33,443 bases of DNA, from the IMG/VR virus record IMGVR_UViG_3300020045_015898, positions 64,001 through 97,443 of that record; one strand, 5' to 3'. Below, piece after piece: positions 1-7,925 of the stretch. Origin of the DNA: a virus. Taxonomy: Duplodnaviria; Heunggongvirae; Uroviricota; Caudoviricetes; Crassvirales. Each line of letters starts with the position of its first letter. The stretch's first letter is position 1. The translations under genes were made by a program, and so were the position numbers. The notes beneath the pieces are model-generated. The model was not told the origin of the DNA and searched no databases. It worked only from the letters and a program-made list of their open reading frames with translations.

Positions 1-1360
1 TATTTACGGATTCTCTCTCGGCATTTATTGAAGCTAGTTCTGTTACGAATGTTTTCTTTCTACCATCTGAAATCTCTCCTCTATCGTGAAGTGAGATAAT
101 CATTGTTTCAATCTCGTCTAGAAGTCCAAAAGCTGAATTGTATTCTTTTAGTTCTGCAATAACTTCCGGAGTCATTTTATCACCTCTTTTTAGTTTAGCA
201 ATTCTATTTTTCATCAATTTAATTTGATACTTAGACCATTTGTTGTATTTTAATAAGCCGTTTATTTGGCTTGTAGTGCTATACTTTTCTAAAAGATTTT
301 TTAATTCTTCTATTTTTTCAAAAGGAGTCATTTCATTTTTTGCGTGAGCTTTTACTTTTCTTTCAGTTTCTTTTGCCCTTTCAGCAACGCCTACAGGTTT
401 ATGCTGTTCAAAAATAATAGAAATTCTAGCCTGAACTTGTTCATAAACTGATTCTAAACTAGTTTCAATTTTAGTTTCAATTCCAGTTTCTTCATTTATA
501 AATTTACCAACTCTTTGCTCCATTGACTGGTCATTTAAGTTTTCAAGTAAATCTTGATTAACTCTTTCGTCAAGCAACTCTTTTGTTAAAGATTCAATAG
601 CGTAAGAATCTAATCCAAATGTTCTACGAAGATAGTCCATAACCCAATTACGAAACGATTCCCATGCTGATTTAGTTTCAGCGGAAGTTCTTTCGTCCCA
701 TATTTCAGATCCTTTTCTACCTATAGCTGTTGCTAAAATTTCTTTATGCAAATCATCTTCCATAAGCTCAGGATAAAGCGCTTTTACTTCTGACCATAAC
801 TTAGTACCTCTAAGAGAAGATAATCCTTTCTGAAGTCTAGGATTGGCTAATCCTTTAGGAAATGAGTCTATAAATATGTGACTAAACTCATGTATAGCAG
901 TAGTCTTAAATATTTTTGCTGGATTAATTAGTATTACTGGTTTTCCTGCAGCAATAGTTCTAGGATCATTTGAACCAAGCACTCTTGAAGTTTCTACATC
1001 TGAATCCAAAATAACATCAACATTCATGTTCTCTTGAAGTAATTCAATTTTTTGAGCAAACGTATTCATATCTTCCTCTAAATAGTCTCCATTTAATTGA
1101 GACTTTTCTTGTGCATAGGAAAATCCTTTTGCTTTGTCAATTGCCTGAAAAAGAGCAGTATTTGGTATTGCTTTGTTGTTTTCTTCAAGAAATAATTTTC
1201 CTTTAGTTCCATAGTTTTTTTCTGCAAAATCAGAGAACTTTTTATTACTTTTTCTAAATATATTTTCATCTATAATGTTCAAGAACTTATCTATCGCACC
1301 ATTAGTGCGCATCCACGCTTTGGTGGATGCTTCACTAGTTTTAAATTCACATGATTTCAT
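1..1360 (-). CDS. Large virion cargo protein with zincin-like (HExxH) metallopeptidase domain, phi14:2 gp67-like position; runs off the window edge
   Basis: Not in the ORF track; translated by hand. ATG at 1360, 1 nt after the RNAP stop (MKSCEFKTSEASTKAWMRTNG...). Frame appears open to the window edge (~453 codons). TTAIHEFSHIFID (HEFSH at 878-892) is followed by HKEILATAIG. Confidence 0.85.
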   Translation of the reverse strand, partial: MKSCEFKTSEASTKAWMRTNGAIDKFLNIIDENIFRKSNKKFSDFAEKNYGTKGKLFLEENNKAIPNTALFQAIDKAKGFSYAQEKSQLNGDYLEEDMNTFAQKIELLQENMNVDVILDSDVETSRVLGSNDPRTIAAGKPVILINPAKIFKTTAIHEFSHIFIDSFPKGLANPRLQKGLSSLRGTKLWSEVKALYPELMEDDLHKEILATAIGRKGSEIWDERTSAETKSAWESFRNWVMDYLRRTFGLDSYAIESLTKELLDERVNQDLLENLNDQSMEQRVGKFINEETGIETKIETSLESVYEQVQARISIIFEQHKPVGVAERAKETERKVKAHAKNEMTPFEKIEELKNLLEKYSTTSQINGLLKYNKWSKYQIKLMKNRIAKLKRGDKMTPEVIAELKEYNSAFGLLDEIETMIISLHDRGEISDGRKKTFVTELASINAERESVN

Positions 1361-1361
1361 A

Positions 1362-4300
1362 TTAACAGGTTAATGGGTTTTCACTCGTATTTGTTTCGTC
1401 TTCTTCTGACAAAGGTAATGCTTTATTTTCTTTCTCTCTAACTGGAGATAACATATCTTCTTTTAAAAATAATCCTCTAGCTCTAGCTTCATCCATAAAC
1501 TCATTAATTTGAGCCTTTTGAGACTCACTAATGTTATTTTCAGATATTACCGAGTTAGTTGATTTCTTGTCGTATTGATATTCAACTATGCTACCATTAT
1601 TGTATTTTGCTCCAAGTTTAAAAGTTCTAACGTAAGTTGGCATGAACTTTTCTTTCTCATTGCCATTTTTATCAACAACTGTACTTTTAGACATTCCTAC
1701 TAATTTATAAAGAACGGTAGTTTCAGAAGGAATACCACTATATTCTCCATTATCTTTGAAAACTCTTGAAACAAATTCAGGATAAGTTCCAGATCCATCT
1801 TTAGAAAGTCCAGTCATAATACCTCCTTTAGTTTCAGTTCCTTCATCGTAAACAAATCCGGTTGATGCAATTGTATTTCCAACTCTCTTGATGTTTTTAG
1901 AAGATACTCTTTGAACTATCTTTCTATCGGCAGAAGAGTGTCTGAACATTTGGTCCCTAAAATCTTCACTCAAGTCCATAGCGTTCATTTCTTGATGAAT
2001 AGCTTTGATGTGTTCTGATACTCCTGCATTAACTAATGCTTCATGAGGAATATGAGTAAAGAATTGATTTAAATTAGTTTTAAATCCAGATTGGCTAAAT
2101 GCGTATCTAATTAATCTATTTCCTAAAACCCTCTCTTCTTTAACGTTACTTCTTAACAATTCAACCCAAGCTCTATATATTTTATTGTTATAAGTCTTAG
2201 GCTTATTCTTGCTACTAATTTTCAAGAAATTATATCCCGCAGAACTTTTTATTTCTAGTTCTTGTATTAAGAAATTAGTAGATCCGTCTTCTTTCATTTT
2301 ATATATATCTTCCGGAACTTGTCTAAATAGTAGATCAATGTCATTTAAGTTTTCTTTGAAAATTTCAAGTCCAGACATAGCGTAAGAATAGAAGTCAGCA
2401 GAAATGCTTTTTATAAACTCTTCATTTGTAGATAACGCTCCCTTTCCAGTTCTTTCAGACATGTTATTTATTGTTGATTGAAGAGTTGGATTTGCAGATA
2501 TGAATAAATCATTATCTACTACTAACTTGTTAACCCAATCAATACCATTTTGTCTATAAGTACCAGTAAATGTATCTTTAAATTTATCAACGAAACCTTG
2601 AATCTTATCGTTGAATAATACATTTTCGTACTTATTTTTAGCAACCATCATTTGAGCAAAATCTCCTGCATCAGGAGTTTTAGACGCTCCTACAGCTTCG
2701 GCAAAGAATTTTGATTTTTCTTGAAAGTACTCAAAAATATTAAGAGTTTCTTCTTGCATCGCTACTTCTTCTTCAGTGAAATTACTCATATCTTTATCTT
2801 TGCTGAACTTTTTAATAGTCTCTTCTAATTGTTTAAAAGAGTATTTCTTAAGATAGTTTTCAACATCAATAGCGTTGATAGGTTTTTTTCCTAATCCATT
2901 TGACTTTCTTACAAACTCAGTAGCATTAAATCTTTCACCATCAATTTCTAATTCTTGAGAAGTTATACCTTCTGAATTTTTTGTCGTTCTAGTCATCTCA
3001 GAAAGCATTGGCTGAGCAATAAATCTATTTACCCATTCAACTGGAGTACCTGCGCGCAGCAACATAAATGTAACTCCTGAAGTTATTCCATTGTGATTTC
3101 CTCTAGAGATATATGGATCTTTAGCAATATCTACGTAAGCATTTAAAAATGCTGAGATTGCATCTGCAATAGCGTGTCCGTCGTTTATGTCATATTCATT
3201 ATCAAACTTTGTATTACCAAAATTATCTTTGGCGCCTATACCTAAGTATCCGTCAAAAGTTATATTTTGATGTCTATTTACCATGTGATCTACAAGTTGA
3301 TTAGCAGTTTGAGCTACACCAATCTTTCCAGATAAGTATTCAAATTTAGTTTTCATTTGGTAGGTAGGAGAATAAAAAGTCAAATCTTCCAGAGAAGTCT
3401 CCGGAAACATTCCAACAATATCGTCCTTGAAAAATGAAGCATCAATAGACGTCATGACCTTATCGTAAGCAGATTCGCTCTTAAGAATTGAAGAGTATAA
3501 ATCAATTAATCTATTCTGAACAGCCTTCATGCTTTTTGAATTCTCATCATGCGGAACAGCAGTTACTTTTCCAGTAGTTCTATCTACGTGAAGATTTGGC
3601 ATCATTACGTACATTTTATCAATATCAAAATCCGAACCAGTCTTAGCCGGAACAGCATCGTATGCGATTATTGAATCTCCAACTCCAGGAGGAAGTATAC
3701 CTACAATTTCCATCGCGTCATTAGACGACATTCCTTGATTAGGAATCCTGTATGTAACTAACTGCAAAGCAGAAGGATCTATCATAGCCATTAACTGCTT
3801 ACCTGACATTCCATTCCAATCAGTTCCTTCCGGAAGTAATTTAAGTAATGCTGAGTGAGGCATAAAACATTGTCCAGGCATGTAAGTCTTGGTTGCTTTG
3901 TCATAGTGTGGCGGTTTCAATCCTTTCTTATCGTAATTATCAGACACAATCTTAATACCAGATTTCTCTGTATCGCTAATCGCGTCGAATCCAAACTGGC
4001 TAACTTGAATAAATGAACCACCATTAGTGTAAACCTTTGTCAATTGTTTATTCATCATAGACATGAATACGTTCTCAACTTTATTTCTAATTTGAGGTAT
4101 TGCGTCAAATGGTAAATCTTTTTCAAGTGCTGCAAGTATGTTGTCATTTCCACCTCTTGATTTAAACTCAGATATAAGAGAAGAGTAAACTCTATCCATA
4201 TTATTTATCTTCATTTTACCAGTAGATGCGTCTTCTTTAATGTCAAACTCTTCCATCAAACTAGCTTTACCCATGTCAGATAAATTAGATAACGTAGAGT

Positions 4301-7300
4301 GTATCATTTCAAGAATTTTATCTCCTTGAATTTCTTCTCCATTAAAGTTGTAAATTCCATTTACATCTATACCGGCCAAGATGTTCTTTTGAATTTGTGA
4401 CCCAACCATTGTCTCATGAGCAAGTTTTGTAGGAAGATCTTGTTGTAGTTTCCAACCTCTATTTTTTAAAGGAACAGGATTTAATTCAAAATCAACTTTC
4501 ATGTCTCCATTTGGTTCGTGAATTAGTGTAGGAGCAGTAGCTCCAACTTTAATTCCATCAATAGTCACAACTTCGTGTATTTCATCTTTACCAGAAAGAG
4601 TATTTCCGTCTTTATCCTTTGTCATTTTATCCAGCAAAGCTTGCATTGGAGTTCCTTTTACTAGCTGAGGTATAAGTACTGCTTGAGAGTATTTAAGATA
4701 AACAGGGACAGTAGAATTAAGCTCAAAGTAAACTCCTTTCATTGGCTGAGCAACTAATTTCATTTCATTTTTAGATAGCTTTTGACCTACTTTTCCATTT
4801 TTAGGATTAACATACATCATTTTCTCCCAAGCAGATTGATGAGATTCAGGACCAGTAGTCCATTGACCTAATCTTTCCTTAAGGAATTTCCATCTTCTTG
4901 GGGTAATCCAGGCTTGAGCATCAGTTGAGTTTACCCCACCTTTATTGTATGCGTCAGCAATAGACTTGTCTTTTACAGACTCTCTAATTAAATCTACATA
5001 TCTAGAAGATATTTCAACTCCTTTCACAGTTGCTTGATTAAAATACACATGGTCATTAAGTGATAGAAACAATTGTAATCCATCAGTATATGACGCCGGA
5101 GTTCTCTTAATCATGTCAGACATGTTTTTAAAGTATGCAGGATCTCCTAAGAATAATTTGTTGTACTCAATTGTATTTATAATACTATTCATAAAGAAGT
5201 CTCCAGACATTGCACGAACCGGATCTCTAGAACCTTCATAAGCTCCAATTATATTCTCATCAACAGACAAGTTTGTCGCAACTTCAGCAGTGTGAATAAT
5301 TCCCATGTCGTCCATGTTCTTTAAATTCTCATCCAGTCTAGTTACTAATGCTTTTTTTATTGATTCTTTAACTATAGCTTTTTGTTCATTAGTCATTCCA
5401 GAAGTTGAGTACATTCCATTTTCTTGACCCAACGGTAATCCGTCTTTGTATAATGTAATATATTCTAAAGAATCTTTATCCATGTTTTCTGGAGATAAGC
5501 TAGGAAAAGTTTGTGATTTAAGTCCATTAGGAATTCCTTTACCTGTAGTATGATAATGCACTATTAATTTTTCAGGACTCAAAGTAGCTAATTCATTGCT
5601 AACTTTTTTCATTCTATTATACTCATCTTCAAAGTAATCAGATAAAACAGTTAAGGTCTCATCATTAATATACCATTCTCCATCAACATAATCAATTTTG
5701 GAATCAAAAGTTGGCATGCCTTCAATCTCAATCTTTCTACCTTTATCAGCAGCAAGAAGAGTTTGTGCGTAATTTTTTCCTCCAGCTTTGTGGCCAAGAG
5801 TTTTAGCGATTGCGTTATTAAGCGCATCGACAGGTGATATTTCTTTGGTGTCTTTACCGTCATTTTCCCCTTTAGATTTGAATGAACTATCTAGTCCAAT
5901 TTGTATTTCTGAGATTCTTCTTTTTGATTCCTTTTCTCTTTTGCTTGCATTTGAAGCTATTAAAACTCCTTGTCTACTTTTCTCTGCATTAAGCAAATAT
6001 TTAAGCCAAAGAGAACCTTTATGATAAGCACTTACCGCAAGTTTATCTAATTCAGAAGCGTCTCTCTTCCATTCGTTTATTACGTTATGTAAGTAAGATG
6101 GGTTTGAGTAAGCAAAATAACTTTTACCATTATTAGCAAGAACATTGTTTTCTGCCATATTTATTTCAAATAAAGCTTTTGCTCTTGATAATAATTTTAC
6201 AACTTCCTGATTGTCAAATGGATTCACTTTTTCATCTCCAGCAATCAATGATGTATTTGGATCAAGTATGTATTTAAGCATATAGTCAGTTGACTTAAAC
6301 AAATCAAGTATTGACTCAACAGCTTTTTCTTCTCCTCCTGTCATTCTCATATAAGAAATAACATCGTTATTAGTTATTTCGGCGCCAAGACCGTTGAATA
6401 AATCAACTACTTTTGGTATTTGCAACATAACTTGTCTCATTTGAACTGGATGCTCTTGGCCAGCTATTAATTGACCAAAATCTCTCATATTCTCAGTAAG
6501 AGCAATCTTAGTTTGAGCGATAGCGTCCCTAGCGTCGTCATTTAATTCATATCCATTAGTGAATGTCTTAGCGAATTTAACTCCCCACTGACCTCGTATT
6601 TTACTGTCTCTTGAATTGGTAGAAGTAGCATTGATTATTTTATACTTATTTGTAGTTTTATCTACCTCAGTTACATAAAAGTTAAGTTTTGATTTAGCAA
6701 AAGTTTGAACGAATTGAGCTTGTTGATTGAGGTCCATTTTGTTTACTCTTTCTAATAGTCCACCCATCCATGGCTTAACTGAAGCTAAAGCTTTCATTTC
6801 AATCTTCATTATGTCTAGCGCGTTGACTAAATCGCCGCCATTACTATTGTGAGATACTATATCTGACAATAATGGCTGAAGCGTACCCCAAACATCATCG
6901 AATTCTGCAAACTTAGCTTTACCTAAGAAAGAGTCTCTTTTGTGGCGAATCCTTGGAACAGAAAGATCTTTTACATCTTGCTCACTAAGATTTCCAATAA
7001 CTTCTCCTTTTAAATGTCTTTGTCTCAATCCGTTGACTTGAACTTGAGTTAATTTATGTCTTTCAGCAACTCTTTTTGAAGCAGCAGAAAACTCAGGATT
7101 ACCTTCAGTGTCCGGCAATAAACTAAGAACTAATTTAATTCTTGCTGGAGCTGTTTCTTTTGAATTAGTTTCAAATGATTCAGCAATATTTATTCCTCCT
7201 GCCTTATCGTCTTCTCCTAATTCAGTTTCGTATTCTCCTTTTTCATTAAGAATGCTTTGACGATAAGTTAATCCTAATTCTTCAATTTTATTCAACACTT

Positions 7301-7868
7301 CAATCTTAAAATCTTCTTTATATTTTAAAACCAAATCAGCTCTTCTCAATAATTCTGGATCAGACACTGAATTTTTGTAGTTTTGAATAAAGTTTTCTAT
7401 AGTAGAGATTACTTTTTTTGGATTTAATTTTGATAAATCTTCAAAGTTCTCAGCCATATTCTCTGTAACAAACGCATTAAGAATTATTTTAGAAACCTCT
7501 TCAGATTGATCTGAAGTCATTCCAGGGAACTTAATCTTGTTGATATATTTTCTTATTCCATTAGGAAATTGAAAGTAATACTGATCGTATTCAGTAACTT
7601 TGTCTCCTTTGATTACTCTTTTTTTAATCAATTTAGGTTCTCCTTGGTCATTAACTCTAGTAGATATTTTAGAACCTAAAGGTAAATTAATATCTTCTGA
7701 ATGCCCATTCGAAAACGAAGTAACATAGTCTCCAAAAAGATCTATGAATTTATTTCCACTAATTTTAGAGTACTCAGCAAGTGCCGCGTCTTCTCCTAAG
7801 ATTCTTTCAAGTTCTTTGTACAGTCCGGATTCTCTCCCATCTGTCTTTGCAAATACTTTACAAGCCAT
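1362..7868 (-). CDS. Virion-packaged single-chain DNA-dependent RNA polymerase (double-psi beta-barrel, phi14:2 gp66-like)
   Basis: 2168 aa. Catalytic GSDFDIDK (DFDID at 3618-3632, residues ~1413-1417), upstream YRIPNQG, and STDAQAWITP and LFLGDPAYFK segments. Size and motif match phi14:2 gp66 as recalled. Confidence 0.92.
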   Translation of the reverse strand: MACKVFAKTDGRESGLYKELERILGEDAALAEYSKISGNKFIDLFGDYVTSFSNGHSEDINLPLGSKISTRVNDQGEPKLIKKRVIKGDKVTEYDQYYFQFPNGIRKYINKIKFPGMTSDQSEEVSKIILNAFVTENMAENFEDLSKLNPKKVISTIENFIQNYKNSVSDPELLRRADLVLKYKEDFKIEVLNKIEELGLTYRQSILNEKGEYETELGEDDKAGGINIAESFETNSKETAPARIKLVLSLLPDTEGNPEFSAASKRVAERHKLTQVQVNGLRQRHLKGEVIGNLSEQDVKDLSVPRIRHKRDSFLGKAKFAEFDDVWGTLQPLLSDIVSHNSNGGDLVNALDIMKIEMKALASVKPWMGGLLERVNKMDLNQQAQFVQTFAKSKLNFYVTEVDKTTNKYKIINATSTNSRDSKIRGQWGVKFAKTFTNGYELNDDARDAIAQTKIALTENMRDFGQLIAGQEHPVQMRQVMLQIPKVVDLFNGLGAEITNNDVISYMRMTGGEEKAVESILDLFKSTDYMLKYILDPNTSLIAGDEKVNPFDNQEVVKLLSRAKALFEINMAENNVLANNGKSYFAYSNPSYLHNVINEWKRDASELDKLAVSAYHKGSLWLKYLLNAEKSRQGVLIASNASKREKESKRRISEIQIGLDSSFKSKGENDGKDTKEISPVDALNNAIAKTLGHKAGGKNYAQTLLAADKGRKIEIEGMPTFDSKIDYVDGEWYINDETLTVLSDYFEDEYNRMKKVSNELATLSPEKLIVHYHTTGKGIPNGLKSQTFPSLSPENMDKDSLEYITLYKDGLPLGQENGMYSTSGMTNEQKAIVKESIKKALVTRLDENLKNMDDMGIIHTAEVATNLSVDENIIGAYEGSRDPVRAMSGDFFMNSIINTIEYNKLFLGDPAYFKNMSDMIKRTPASYTDGLQLFLSLNDHVYFNQATVKGVEISSRYVDLIRESVKDKSIADAYNKGGVNSTDAQAWITPRRWKFLKERLGQWTTGPESHQSAWEKMMYVNPKNGKVGQKLSKNEMKLVAQPMKGVYFELNSTVPVYLKYSQAVLIPQLVKGTPMQALLDKMTKDKDGNTLSGKDEIHEVVTIDGIKVGATAPTLIHEPNGDMKVDFELNPVPLKNRGWKLQQDLPTKLAHETMVGSQIQKNILAGIDVNGIYNFNGEEIQGDKILEMIHSTLSNLSDMGKASLMEEFDIKEDASTGKMKINNMDRVYSSLISEFKSRGGNDNILAALEKDLPFDAIPQIRNKVENVFMSMMNKQLTKVYTNGGSFIQVSQFGFDAISDTEKSGIKIVSDNYDKKGLKPPHYDKATKTYMPGQCFMPHSALLKLLPEGTDWNGMSGKQLMAMIDPSALQLVTYRIPNQGMSSNDAMEIVGILPPGVGDSIIAYDAVPAKTGSDFDIDKMYVMMPNLHVDRTTGKVTAVPHDENSKSMKAVQNRLIDLYSSILKSESAYDKVMTSIDASFFKDDIVGMFPETSLEDLTFYSPTYQMKTKFEYLSGKIGVAQTANQLVDHMVNRHQNITFDGYLGIGAKDNFGNTKFDNEYDINDGHAIADAISAFLNAYVDIAKDPYISRGNHNGITSGVTFMLLRAGTPVEWVNRFIAQPMLSEMTRTTKNSEGITSQELEIDGERFNATEFVRKSNGLGKKPINAIDVENYLKKYSFKQLEETIKKFSKDKDMSNFTEEEVAMQEETLNIFEYFQEKSKFFAEAVGASKTPDAGDFAQMMVAKNKYENVLFNDKIQGFVDKFKDTFTGTYRQNGIDWVNKLVVDNDLFISANPTLQSTINNMSERTGKGALSTNEEFIKSISADFYSYAMSGLEIFKENLNDIDLLFRQVPEDIYKMKEDGSTNFLIQELEIKSSAGYNFLKISSKNKPKTYNNKIYRAWVELLRSNVKEERVLGNRLIRYAFSQSGFKTNLNQFFTHIPHEALVNAGVSEHIKAIHQEMNAMDLSEDFRDQMFRHSSADRKIVQRVSSKNIKRVGNTIASTGFVYDEGTETKGGIMTGLSKDGSGTYPEFVSRVFKDNGEYSGIPSETTVLYKLVGMSKSTVVDKNGNEKEKFMPTYVRTFKLGAKYNNGSIVEYQYDKKSTNSVISENNISESQKAQINEFMDEARARGLFLKEDMLSPVREKENKALPLSEEDETNTSENPLTC

Positions 7869-7888
7869 ATTTATTATTTTAAATTGTT

Positions 7889-7917
7889 AAAAAATAGCCC
7901 TTCGTTAAAAGGGCTAT
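7889..7917 (-). terminator. Rho-independent terminator between the 1769-aa gene and the vRNAP gene
   Basis: 9-bp stem ATAGCCCTT/AAGGGCTAT (7894-7902, 7909-7917), 6-nt loop, followed by a T-run on the minus strand. Confidence 0.75.
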
Positions 7918-7925
7918 ATATTGTT

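Noticed and set aside
6930-7110. Basic segment in the RNAP N-terminus (SKRVAERHKLTQVQVNGLRQRHLKG) as a separate HTH insertion
   Set aside because: No recognisable motif, and it cannot be called an insertion without an alignment to homologs.
1362-7868. Intein or group I intron in the RNAP gene
   Set aside because: The ORF is continuous, close to the recalled gp66 length, and shows no Hint-end or LAGLIDADG/HNH motifs.
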